Part shown: in pieces, positions 7,599-18,558 of the stretch
Position numbering within the stretch: the stretch's first letter is position 1
Layout of the letters: every line of letters begins with the position of its first letter
Assembly (NCBI RefSeq): GCF_020969955.1
Contig: NZ_JAHDSX010000013.1
Span: 1-32,000 of the forward strand
Origin: Allobaculum fili
GTDB taxonomy: Bacteria > Bacillota_I > Bacilli_A > Erysipelotrichales > Erysipelotrichaceae
Length of the DNA: 32,000 nucleotides
Reading direction: 5' to 3'
Made by a program: the position numbers and the translations under genes
The notes under the pieces: model-generated
What the model was told of the DNA's origin: nothing
Seen by the model: only the letters and a program-made list of their open reading frames with translations
Databases searched by the model: none

Positions 7599-8374
7599 GC
7601 TTTATACAAATCGCTGCAGGAATCGATGGTGTCCAGTCTGCAAAGGCCATCGCGAATTCGTCCGCGTTTTCGGTTTTTCGTTTTTTGGCTTTCAGTAGAA
7701 GCCTGTCCGGTCCGTCGACAGTCGTGGATCTGGATCGATTTACAAATCAGCAAGGCGAATCTTTTGTGTTCTGGTAACTTCCCGCAAGGGAAGGCCGCCA
7801 AAGGGCAGAAGGTTCGCCTTTTCTCTGCCAAAAAGGAGCGATTTCTCGTTTGGGTGTCTTTTCGCGAAGCGGCGGGTTATGACGAATCTCCTGGCTTTTG
7901 ATCTTGGTAAAAGAGGAAGGCGGGAATGGAAAGGGGTAAAGGTTCCGGCCATGGAAGCCATCCGTAACGGATAGTCGGATTCGGATTTAAGGGTACTTCT
8001 TTTCGAAGAAGAAAACAAAAGAAGCGAATATCGGAAGACCGGAATTCCGACTGGGAAAAATGGATACGAAGAGACGGAAGCGCGGTGAGTGCTTTTGCCG
8101 CTTCAAGCGTTTATTCCAGACGGACTCTGGATCTGCCTTTCTGCCGGACGATTGTGCGGAGAGGCTTCTTTATGAAGCTGCCCGTTCAAACTGCGGCTCA
8201 GAATTTTTCCTTTTAAGGATCGTTTGATCCAGCGGGCACAAAATCCGAAGAAAGAGAGCCCTGACGGTAGGACGGATGGTCGTCTTGCGTTCCCTGGCTC
8301 GCTTGTCGAATCCAGGATCGATTCCTTTCTCTTTTGCTGGGGGAGGATTCCGTTTCAGAGCCTGAAAAAGGCCA

Positions 8375-8402
8375 TAAAAAATCCGGAGTCGAAACTCCGG
8401 AT
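8375..8402 (-). terminator. Intrinsic terminator of the first MATE gene
   Basis: ATCCGGAGT/ACTCCGGAT stem with a 4-nt loop. On the minus strand it is followed by TTTTTT. It lies about 20 nt past the stop at 8420. Confidence 0.8.
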
Positions 8403-8419
8403 TGGGGGTCAGAGAAATT

Positions 8420-9838
8420 TTAGTTCTGTGCGGGCTGAACGAGTTCGTCGGCCAGTTTCTGACGGTTCTGCTCGATGAGAGCCGGCAGTCTGGTTCGTGT
8501 ATAGCGCAGGAACAGGATACCGGTTGTAACGGCGGCCACAACATCCGCAATCGGTTCGGCCAGGAAAACCGCAAAGACTTTGTCGCTCATGCAAAACGGC
8601 AGGATGTAGATCAGCGGCAGAAGCAGAATGATCTTACGATAAACCGCAAGGAAGAGAGACGTCTTCGCATTGCCCAGCGCGATGAACGTCTGCTGACAGG
8701 CGATCTGCATACCGAACAGGCAGACACCTGCGATGTAAATGCGCAGCGACCATTCGGTGTACTTAATGAGTTCGGGATCGGGTGTGAAGAAGGAAGCAAA
8801 GGCACCCGGGAACAGTTCGCAAAGCGCCCATAAGCCAAAGGAGTAAATCAGCGAGCTGATCAGCAGAATCTTGAACGTCTTTTTGATGCGATCCAGATTG
8901 GCGGCACCGAAGTTGTAGGAAATGATCGGCTGCGACCCCTGGGTAAGGCCCTGGAGCGGAAGCATCGCAAACTGCATGATGCTCGCCAGAATCGTCATCG
9001 ATCCGACAGCCAGGTCGCCGCCGTAGCGCTGGAGGGATGTGTTAAAGGCGAGGGTGATGAAGCTTTCGGTGATCATCATGACAAACGGGGAAAGACCAAG
9101 CGCCAGGCAGGGGAGAATGAGCTTCCAGTTCAGACGGATCAGCGAAGGGGAAAGACGAAGCGCGGAACGTTTCGAACTCAGAAACCAGAGAACGAAAATC
9201 GCCGAGCAGGCCTGGGAAATGACGGTCGCAATCGCGGCACCGCGTACGCCCAGTCCGAAGACGAAAATGAGAATCGGGTCAAGAACAATGTTGAGAATTG
9301 CGCCGATCAGTACGGTGGCCATACCCCAGGATGCGTAGCCCTGTGTGTTGATAAACGCGTTCATGCCCAGGGCAACCTGAACAAAAATGGTACCGGCCGC
9401 ATAAATCTGCATGTACGCCCAGGCATAGGGGATTGTCTGTTCGCTTGCGCCAAAGGACATAAGCAGATCCCGGCCGAAAACTTCGGTAATGACCGTGAGA
9501 ACGAGGGCAAGAAGAATGAGCAGGGCCAGAGAGCTGTTCATGATTTTCTGCGCGGTTTTATTGTCTTTCTGGCCCATGAAAACCGCGGCGCGCGGAGCGG
9601 CACCCATGCAGACCAGATACGCGAAGGCACTGATCGCCGTAATGAGAGGCATAGTGACGCCGACGCCGGTCAGCGCCGCCTGACCGCTACCGGGAATGTG
9701 ACCGATATACATGCGGTCGACGATGTTATAGAGAACGTTGACGATCTGTGCGAGGATGCACGGAACCGCCAGATTAAAGAGAAGACGTCCGACAGGGGCG
9801 GTCCCCAGATCGGTCTGACTGCTCTTGGATTTGAACAT
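8420..9838 (-). CDS. MATE family efflux transporter
   Basis: A 472-aa polytopic membrane protein with the typical MATE N-terminus (LLFNLAVPCILAQIVNVLYNIVDRMYIGH) and a 12-TM layout. AAGGA lies upstream of the ATG. Confidence 0.85.
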   Translation of the reverse strand: MFKSKSSQTDLGTAPVGRLLFNLAVPCILAQIVNVLYNIVDRMYIGHIPGSGQAALTGVGVTMPLITAISAFAYLVCMGAAPRAAVFMGQKDNKTAQKIMNSSLALLILLALVLTVITEVFGRDLLMSFGASEQTIPYAWAYMQIYAAGTIFVQVALGMNAFINTQGYASWGMATVLIGAILNIVLDPILIFVFGLGVRGAAIATVISQACSAIFVLWFLSSKRSALRLSPSLIRLNWKLILPCLALGLSPFVMMITESFITLAFNTSLQRYGGDLAVGSMTILASIMQFAMLPLQGLTQGSQPIISYNFGAANLDRIKKTFKILLISSLIYSFGLWALCELFPGAFASFFTPDPELIKYTEWSLRIYIAGVCLFGMQIACQQTFIALGNAKTSLFLAVYRKIILLLPLIYILPFCMSDKVFAVFLAEPIADVVAAVTTGILFLRYTRTRLPALIEQNRQKLADELVQPAQN

Positions 9839-10376
9839 GGAAAACCATCCTTTCTAAACAAAATCAGAACTTATTATGGCACAAACCGTTATTTTCGGTG
9901 CAAAAGGAATATAGTCAGCTTTTTGCCCGTTTTCTCACGCGCTTTTTTGAGCGGAACCGACAAATTCCACAGGCAGGGAATATGATGGCAGGGCAGGATC
10001 GGTAAAAAAGAGAGGAAAAGCGGATACTTTCGGGGCTTTTTTGCGCACTGTACGTCCCGGTATTCCGTTTTGGCCGCTTTCTTACACCGGATTTCTTATG
10101 GCATTTTCTTCCGCTTTTTATGGCCTGCGGCTTTGCGTACAGGCCGCTTTGAGCGACTGGAACGGTTCGCAGTATGGGCCCCGCCTTTTCTTGCGCCCTT
10201 GATTTTGCGAAAATAAAAGCACTTTTGAAAATTCAGCAGGTTCTGACCGGAAGGTGTTCTGGATATTCTCCTGTCTGCAAACCTGCCAGACCCGTCTTTC
10301 CCCTGTATTTACCTATATTTATTTTATTTCCCGTTGTGTTCAGCGTTCTGAAACGAACGGAGAAAGGAGAACATTT

Positions 10377-13300
10377 ATGGAATCCGCACTGTCCGAAAAG
10401 GCCAGACCCAGATCGCACAGGCCAGGCTGGCTGAAAAAACTGGAGGCGCCTTTTCTGAATATAAAAAACGTCTCCGCAAGAGCGGCGGTGATCACGCTGC
10501 TGGTCGCCTCGCTGGCGTGGCTCGTTACCTGGATCGTGATCGGGCTTTTCCCTCTTGGGGAGGCGAGCCTGTGTACGAACGACGGGTACGCGCAGTACAT
10601 GCCGTTTCTGTCCGAATTCTGGAGCATATTTCGAGAAGGCGGCTCAGTCTTCTATTCGTGGAACGGAGGTCTTGGCGGAAACTTCTTTCTGACCATAGCC
10701 TATTACCTGATGAGCCCCTTTACCTTCGTGGCGCTTCTGTTCGACCGTACGCAGATTCCGTTCGCAGCCAATCTGATTATCGTTTTGAAAAACATTCTGG
10801 TCTGCACGCTGATGGCCTGGTACTTGCCGACACGAAAAGGCGCTTCGAAAAAAGCAATGCCCGCAGCTGCCTGCGCGATCACGTACGGATTTGGCTTTTA
10901 TTTCATGGGCTATGCGGTCAACTTCATGTGGATGGATTCGAGCGCACTGCTTCCGTTAATGCTTTATGGCATGGAACGGCTCGATACCAGAAAAGGCCGT
11001 GCAGCGTATCTGTTCTCGCTGGCGGCGGCTATTTTCATGAACTTTTACATGGGCGCCATTCTCTGCATCTTTCTGGCGCTGTATGAAGTCGTGCTCGTCA
11101 TGCGCTTTAAAAACCGGCGCTGGGTGCTGATTATCTGGTTCGCGCTCTGTTCGCTCTGCGCCGCGCTGCTGGCTTCACTCGTTTTGCTTCCGGTCATCGA
11201 GGGCATGCTTATGGACAACGTTTCACGCATGTCACCGCCGGATTTTGAATTTTTCAATGACTGGGCGTATTTCTTTTCCCGGCTTCTGCCGGATGCGAAT
11301 ATTGTCCGCATTACCCACAATCGCGGGGCGATCAACTTGTACATGGGTTCGGCCTGCCTGATGTTCTGCCTCGTTTTCCTCTTTCAGAAATCGATTTCCT
11401 GGCGGACGCGTCTCGGCCTTTCGGGCCTTTGCCTGCTTTACGTGGCCGCAACACAGTGCAGCTGGCTGAACTACGCCTTTCATGGCTTTTACATGCAGAG
11501 GCAGGTGCCAAACCGCTTCGGCTTTCTTGTCGGCTTTCTGTCCTGCCTGATGATGTATGACGGACTGGTTCGAATACGCAAAACGAAGCTTTCGGTTCTG
11601 ATCGGCTGCGGCGTAACGGCCGCCATCGCCTTTTCGGGTGTCGTCTGGCTTTCCCAGACTTCGAATACCTGGATTGCGCCGGCACTTGTCGGCTGCCTGC
11701 TCTGCTTTACACTGGCGGCCGGCTTTCATCGCCAGGTGCTGCTTTCGTGGCTCATTCTGGCCGAAAGCTTTGGCTGTCTGGCCCAGTGCGCGCCGGGCGA
11801 TCTGTCCAGCTCGTTTACGAATATGAAGCCGGATCTGGAAGCGGCGCAGTTTACGGGAACCGGCCGTTCGGACATTCTTTGCAGCGACATCGTAAACGCG
11901 CCCGCCCTGTACGGCTTTCGCGGCGTATCTTCCTTTAACTCCGTCATCAATCCGGATACCGCGTCGATTTTAGGCAAGCTCGGCTATGCAAGCGGCGAAA
12001 ACTACTACCGCGTCTATGGTCATACGTCCATCAGCGATCTCATTCTTGGCGTCGATCTGTATGCGACCGACGAGCACGAACAGCTGCCCGAACCGTTTGT
12101 TGAAGTGGCAAGGGTGGATGATCTCGTCCTCTGGAAGTCGCCGTATGCCACGCCGATTGGCAGTACGATTTTTGACGGCATCGACGCGCTCGATGCATCC
12201 AATAAATTTACCAATCTCAATACCCTGATGCCCGACAGCTTCACGCCGCTCGATGTAAAGGCGTCGATTGAAACCGACGCGAAGACGGATGGAGAATTCA
12301 CCGAGTCTGGCACCTGCATGATTGAAGATATCGAAGACGGGGATGTGACGACCGTCAAGCTGGCGCCGTTTCGCGGCACTCAGGTGTACGTGTATGGAAC
12401 GCTTGGCGGTTCTGGCAAGTTCAAGGTGTTCAAAAACGATCAGCTCGTTCACGAAGATAAATACGACGGCGAAGTCGTTTACGTCGGCGATGTGGCCGAA
12501 AACGATTTTGTCGAACTGCAGTTTACAGCGGATTCGGATCGTGACTCGCAGACGCTGACGCTGTATGCGGCGTCGATGAACGAGGATGCGGTCGAACGGG
12601 CGGTGGAACGTCTGAATACGAACGGACTCAAGGATCAGTCCGTGGAAGCGACCCGCGTGACGGGAAATTACGAGGCCCAGAAGGAATGCGATATGGTGTT
12701 TACCATTCCGTACGATCCAGGCTGGAAGGCGACCGTCAACGGACAGAGCGTACCTTGTGACAGCTTCATGAACGGCTTTCTGAAAATTCATCTGCCCGCG
12801 GGTCTGAATCAGATTGAACTGACGTATCAGCCGCAGGGACTCAAATCCGGTCTGCTTGGTACGGCTGGCGGCATTATCTATGCGGTCCTGATCTTAAAAA
12901 TGAAAGACGACAAGCCGTACCCGGAGGATGAAGACGACCCCCATAAGAAGAAAAAGCGCCGCCGGCCGCTGCGCAAAAAGAAAGTCTCCAGGGAAGAGGA
13001 ACTCGAAACCGAAGGTTCAGCGGCGGACGACAGCGACGAAGTGGGAAATCAGACGGTTTCGAAAGTCGTAGAAGAAGATTTCGAACGCCTGCCGCAGACC
13101 GAATGTGCCGGACAGGATCCGATCCCGTCCGCGTTTGAAGAACCAAAACCAGAGACGAAACCCAAGACTGCCGAAGCACCGGTGGAAAAATCGAAAGCTG
13201 CCCCAGACCGGGAAAAGGCGGCTTCGAATAATTCGAATAAAGAGAAAGAAAAAACAAAAGACAAAGCGGCCAAATCCGATCTCGAGTCTTCGGATTCGAT

Positions 13301-13577
13301 CCAGACCCCAGCAGCCTCTGAAGCTGCCGGACCGTCTGAATCCGACGGTACCCCGGCTTCCATGACGCGTGTTCGACTCAGAACGGTTGACCTCAAGGCT
13401 CTGGAATCGCAGCTTCCCGAAGATCTGAAAAAAGGCCAGCAGCTGGCCAGCACGGTTCTCTATCAGCCCAAATCCAAACGGGTTCGCTATGAGCAGCGCG
13501 CTAATCGGCGAAGCGGGTCGCCGGTCGCAGATTCGAAAGCATCTTCGAAAACGGCAGAGCCGTTCAAAGACGCTTAA
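10377..13577 (+). CDS. YfhO-family (GT-C type) membrane glycosyltransferase-like protein with ~225-aa charged C-terminal extension
   Basis: The start is at an internal ATG 7 nt after AAAGGAG. The N-terminal region matches the YfhO signature as I recall it (LFPLGEASL..NDGYAQYMPFL...GGSVFYSWNGGLGGNFF..AYYLMSPF). It has many TM helices, a large extracytoplasmic domain and a final TM, then a K/E/P/S-rich tail. Confidence 0.8.
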   Translation: MESALSEKARPRSHRPGWLKKLEAPFLNIKNVSARAAVITLLVASLAWLVTWIVIGLFPLGEASLCTNDGYAQYMPFLSEFWSIFREGGSVFYSWNGGLGGNFFLTIAYYLMSPFTFVALLFDRTQIPFAANLIIVLKNILVCTLMAWYLPTRKGASKKAMPAAACAITYGFGFYFMGYAVNFMWMDSSALLPLMLYGMERLDTRKGRAAYLFSLAAAIFMNFYMGAILCIFLALYEVVLVMRFKNRRWVLIIWFALCSLCAALLASLVLLPVIEGMLMDNVSRMSPPDFEFFNDWAYFFSRLLPDANIVRITHNRGAINLYMGSACLMFCLVFLFQKSISWRTRLGLSGLCLLYVAATQCSWLNYAFHGFYMQRQVPNRFGFLVGFLSCLMMYDGLVRIRKTKLSVLIGCGVTAAIAFSGVVWLSQTSNTWIAPALVGCLLCFTLAAGFHRQVLLSWLILAESFGCLAQCAPGDLSSSFTNMKPDLEAAQFTGTGRSDILCSDIVNAPALYGFRGVSSFNSVINPDTASILGKLGYASGENYYRVYGHTSISDLILGVDLYATDEHEQLPEPFVEVARVDDLVLWKSPYATPIGSTIFDGIDALDASNKFTNLNTLMPDSFTPLDVKASIETDAKTDGEFTESGTCMIEDIEDGDVTTVKLAPFRGTQVYVYGTLGGSGKFKVFKNDQLVHEDKYDGEVVYVGDVAENDFVELQFTADSDRDSQTLTLYAASMNEDAVERAVERLNTNGLKDQSVEATRVTGNYEAQKECDMVFTIPYDPGWKATVNGQSVPCDSFMNGFLKIHLPAGLNQIELTYQPQGLKSGLLGTAGGIIYAVLILKMKDDKPYPEDEDDPHKKKKRRRPLRKKKVSREEELETEGSAADDSDEVGNQTVSKVVEEDFERLPQTECAGQDPIPSAFEEPKPETKPKTAEAPVEKSKAAPDREKAASNNSNKEKEKTKDKAAKSDLESSDSIQTPAASEAAGPSESDGTPASMTRVRLRTVDLKALESQLPEDLKKGQQLASTVLYQPKSKRVRYEQRANRRSGSPVADSKASSKTAEPFKDA

Positions 13578-13723
13578 GGTCCGCCAACGCAAAAAAAGCC
13601 AGGTTTCGAAATTACGCCAGAGATGGTCTGAATTGCTTCGTTCGAGATCGAATTGAAAGAAGCATGCGCTCAGGCGCGTTTCTTTCTGGCTTTACACAAA
13701 TCCAAAATCGAATTCCTTCACGC

Positions 13724-13782
13724 AAAAATGCTGCAGTCCGCGTGATCCACTTAAGGGATCCGCAGGGACTGCAGCATTTTTC
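13724..13782. terminator. Bidirectional intrinsic terminator between the convergent YfhO and aldo-keto reductase genes
   Basis: Long hairpin with outer arms ATGCTGCAGTC/GACTGCAGCAT, flanked by AAAAA on the 5' side and TTTTT on the 3' side. Confidence 0.75.
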
Positions 13783-13889
13783 TCTGGAAAGCAAAAGGGG
13801 AAACAGTGCAGATCAGGCCGGTTTGCGCTGGGACTTTCGTTCGGTTTTACCGGAAAACTCCGTCATTCCTATCCAGTGTCCGCCTCGCT

Positions 13890-14774
13890 TTATGGAGCGG
13901 GATGGTACTGGTTGGTATCGGGATCGTGACCGGAAAAGCCGGTTTCAGGCAGACTGTCGATCGCCTGTATCGTCTGCTCGTCGAGTTCGAAATCAAAGAC
14001 GTCGAGATTGGCTTTCATCCGTTCAAAATGGGCCGATTTGGGCAGCGGGAGAATGCCGTTCTGCAGTTCAAAACGCAGGCAGATCTGGGCGGTGGACTTG
14101 CCGGTTTTCTTGGCGATTTCTTCGAGTTCTTCCAGCTTTAAAACGCGCTGGCGGCCAAGGGGCGACCATGCCTGGACGACGATGTTATGTGCCTGGCAGT
14201 ATTTCGTCACTTCGGGCTGGAGATAGCCAGGATGGTATTCGATCTGGTTGACCATGGGGGTCACTTCCATATCCATGAGCGGTTCGAGATGGTGAACGAG
14301 GAAATTGGATACGCCGATGGCACGGACTTTGCCCGCTTTGTACAGATCGATCATGGCCGACCAGGTTTCCCGGTTAAGGGCGATCCAGTCTTTGCCGAAT
14401 TCGTGTTCGCACGCCGGCCAGTGGACGAGATACAGATCGAGATAGTCCAGACCGAGATCGTGCAGACTCTGGTTGCAGGCGGCGATGACATCGTCGTAGT
14501 GTCTGGCTTCGGGCGGGCATTTGGAGGTAATGCGAAGATCTTCGCGCGCAATGGATGTCTGGGCGAGGGCCTCTCCGATTTCCGCTTCGTTTTTGTACAT
14601 CGCGGCAGTGTCGATCAGGCGATAGCCCGCATTCAGGGCTTCGAGCACGATATCCGCTGTGGAGACGCCGGCCACTTTCCAGGTGCCAAAGCCAGTGGAA
14701 GGAAGCACGACGCCGTTGGAGAGCGTAAAGGTTCTGAGATTGGAGGCTTCGTTTTTACAGTCGTTTGGATACAT
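13890..14774 (-). CDS. Aldo/keto reductase (DkgA/YtbE-like)
   Basis: AKR motifs GFGTWK, DTAAMYKNE, ITSK, LYLVHWP, AIGVSNF, NQIEYHP and QAWSPLG are present, covering the D-Y-K-H tetrad. GGAGAA RBS. Confidence 0.9.
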   Translation of the reverse strand: MYPNDCKNEASNLRTFTLSNGVVLPSTGFGTWKVAGVSTADIVLEALNAGYRLIDTAAMYKNEAEIGEALAQTSIAREDLRITSKCPPEARHYDDVIAACNQSLHDLGLDYLDLYLVHWPACEHEFGKDWIALNRETWSAMIDLYKAGKVRAIGVSNFLVHHLEPLMDMEVTPMVNQIEYHPGYLQPEVTKYCQAHNIVVQAWSPLGRQRVLKLEELEEIAKKTGKSTAQICLRFELQNGILPLPKSAHFERMKANLDVFDFELDEQTIQAIDSLPETGFSGHDPDTNQYHPAP

Positions 14775-14981
14775 AGTCTTTTCTCCATATTCTGCCGCCG
14801 CATCCGGTTTCCGTTCGGTTTACTGTCCTTTGAACGCACGATGCCGAAGGGCATCTTGGGCTCCTGCCCTGCGCATAAGACGAAAGGTCAGAGAGTGCGG
14901 CCTGTTTTTCTTCAGTATACCAATCGGCTTCCGTATTGTTTTTTGAAGCGAATTTGAAAACGAAAACCGCTTTCTCCGACG

Positions 14982-15024
14982 AAAAAACCGACCCGCTCGT
15001 TTTGGAATATCGAGCGGGCCGGTT
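14982..15024 (-). terminator. Intrinsic terminator of the second MATE gene
   Basis: CCGACCCGCTCG/CGAGCGGGCCGG hairpin. On the minus strand it is followed by TTTTTT (A-run 14982-14987 on plus). Confidence 0.65.
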
Positions 15025-15131
15025 TTCGGCTGCCGTGTTTAGAGCAGGTCGGTGTTTATCGCAAGACTGTGTTTCGGTCGCTGCTCGCAAAACCGTGATT
15101 GAAGCGTGCAGGCAGAATGCGAAATGTAGGG

Positions 15132-16532
15132 TTAAGCCGCCGCGGTCTGTGCCTTCTGTGCGGCGAGAAGCCGGCGGGCGGGCCGTTTGATCAGCAGAGC
15201 GCCGATCAGAAGGACTGCGGCGGAGCCTAAAGAAATCGGGAAGATGGCCAGAATGGTCATGAACGTATGCGAGAGCGGGAAGACAAACAGAATCCAGAGA
15301 ATGCGAACGACACATACGCCCAGCGTCGTCAGTACGGCAGGAAGAACCGAAATGCCAAAGCCGCGCAAATAGCCGGAAATGACTTCGTACTGAATGGAGA
15401 AAAAGTAGCTGCACATCAGAGTGACCAGACGCAGGTAGCCGTTTTCGATGACTTCCGGATTCGAGTTGAACAGGGAAAGCAGCGGCTTGCCAAAGGCGAT
15501 GACGCAAAACGAACAGCACATGGTCACGATCAGCCCTTCGATCAGACACGTCTTCAGCACCTTTTCGCAGCGATGAATTTTGCCGGCGCCGTAGTTCTGA
15601 CCGGTAAAGGTCGTGCACGCCTGACCGAACGAGTTGATGACGTTGTAGACGACCATTTCGATATTGAGCGCGGCGCTGCTCGACGCCATGACGATCGTGC
15701 CCAGCGAGTTGAAGCCGGACTGAATGACGACGTTGGCAATGGAGAAGACGGAAGACTGAATGCCCGAAGGAATGCCGATCTGCAAAATCCAGGTGACCGT
15801 TTCGCGATCAAACGGCTTGTGAAACAGCTCTTTCCACGTGATGAGATGCTGCTTCATCAGAATACCGAACAAAATGAAGGAGCTGATCAGGTTGGAAGCC
15901 ACGGTGGCGATCGCTACGCCATCGACGTTCATGCCAAAGACGATGACGAAGAGCAGGTTGAGCAGAACATTGATCACGCCTGAAGCGGCCAGCGCGATCA
16001 GCGGAATCTGCGGCTGACCGATACCGCGGAAAATGGCGGCTTCAAAGTTGTAGAGCAGAATGACCGGCAGACCGCCCAGATAAATTTTCAGATACAGTTC
16101 AGCCAGCGGGAAAACTTCCGCCGGAACGCCCATGAGCGAGAGCGCCCAGGAGGCGATCAGCTCGCCGATCAGGCAGAGAAAGAGACCGCCGCCAATGGCG
16201 AGCCATAAGGAAGAACGGGCCGCCGTGCGCACCTGTTCGAATTTCCGGGATCCGACGCAGTTGGCAATGACGACATTGCTTCCCAGCGAAATGCCGATAA
16301 ACAGATTGACGATCAGAGAAATGAGGGACGCGCAGGCGCCGACGGCGGCCATGCAGTGGGCACCCATTTCTCCAGTAAACTGACCGACGACCGCGACATC
16401 GGCCGCGTTGAACAGCTGCTGCAGTATGCCGGTAAAGGCCAGCGGCATCGCAAAAAGCAGAATCTTATCCCACAGTGAGCCGGACGTCAGATCCATGGCT
16501 GTTCTGTCTTTCTTTCGGTGTAAAAATCGCAT
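15132..16532 (-). CDS. MATE family efflux transporter (second copy, NorM/DinF-like)
   Basis: A 466-aa polytopic protein with a MATE N-terminus (LWDKILLFAMPLAFTGILQQLFNAADVAVVGQF). AGGAG sits 7 nt before the ATG. Confidence 0.85.
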   Translation of the reverse strand: MRFLHRKKDRTAMDLTSGSLWDKILLFAMPLAFTGILQQLFNAADVAVVGQFTGEMGAHCMAAVGACASLISLIVNLFIGISLGSNVVIANCVGSRKFEQVRTAARSSLWLAIGGGLFLCLIGELIASWALSLMGVPAEVFPLAELYLKIYLGGLPVILLYNFEAAIFRGIGQPQIPLIALAASGVINVLLNLLFVIVFGMNVDGVAIATVASNLISSFILFGILMKQHLITWKELFHKPFDRETVTWILQIGIPSGIQSSVFSIANVVIQSGFNSLGTIVMASSSAALNIEMVVYNVINSFGQACTTFTGQNYGAGKIHRCEKVLKTCLIEGLIVTMCCSFCVIAFGKPLLSLFNSNPEVIENGYLRLVTLMCSYFFSIQYEVISGYLRGFGISVLPAVLTTLGVCVVRILWILFVFPLSHTFMTILAIFPISLGSAAVLLIGALLIKRPARRLLAAQKAQTAAA

Positions 16533-16740
16533 CGGTTTTCTCCTCTCTTTACTTTTTTCTTCTTATGTCCTGCCTTATGCAGAGATTTGGCGAACGATCC
16601 CGTTTTGACGCTTTCGGCCCGGCTGTCCGGTCCATAGAACGGCCGCAGGGGAATGTTCGATACGATGGGAATGGTATTCCTCGAAAAGCGAGTTGGGAAA
16701 AGATTTCCCGTGAAAAACAGGGAAGAAAGGTGTAAACGCT

Positions 16741-16771
16741 TACGGTATAACATTCAAAAACTTATACCGTA
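16741..16771. repeat. Perfect inverted repeat TACGGTATAA-N11-TTATACCGTA in the MATE/purA divergent intergenic region
   Basis: Read directly from the sequence. There is no flanking T-run on either strand, so it looks like an operator rather than a terminator. Confidence 0.6.
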
Positions 16772-16932
16772 TATGAATAGGAATAGTTCTCTCTTTTCCA
16801 GACGATTTGTCTGGAGCGTTCGAATGGGTATGGAGCGTCAAAAAATCGAATCGTTTCCGGCTTTTCACCTTTCGCTGCCATGGGATCGGGGAATTGCCCT
16901 GCAACCGCCTGCGGGCAGTAAAAAAACTTTAA

Positions 16933-18282
<1,350 letters not shown>

Positions 18283-18363
18283 CGATCGTCCTGTCCGGTT
18301 TTTACAGGAAAATTGCCGCATCGCGCATATTTTCCCAAACCAGAAGAAATTTAAGAAATACAG

Positions 18364-18430
18364 AGAGCGATCGAACGCTCTGCCCAGACACGTATGGCGC
18401 AGACGGTTTTGATCGCTCTTTTTGTTTTTG
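18364..18430 (+). terminator. Possible purA terminator
   Basis: AGAGCGATC/GATCGCTCT stem followed by TTTTTGTTTTT, but the loop is large (about 38 nt). Confidence 0.4.
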
Positions 18431-18558
18431 GCCCGCTTCCATTCTGGATTGGACACAATTGCCGGCGATTTGCAGAAAGCGGTTTCGGGATCGTCCCTTT
18501 TGCTTACAATGGAGATAACAGCTTTACCGTTTAATCCAAAGAAAAGAGAAAAAAGACG

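Noticed and set aside
7100-8400. An attachment-site direct repeat of the tRNA-Trp 3' end that would mark the far border of the island.
   Set aside because: I could not find a copy of CTCCTGCTACCCCT or a substantial part of it by eye. A computational search is still needed.
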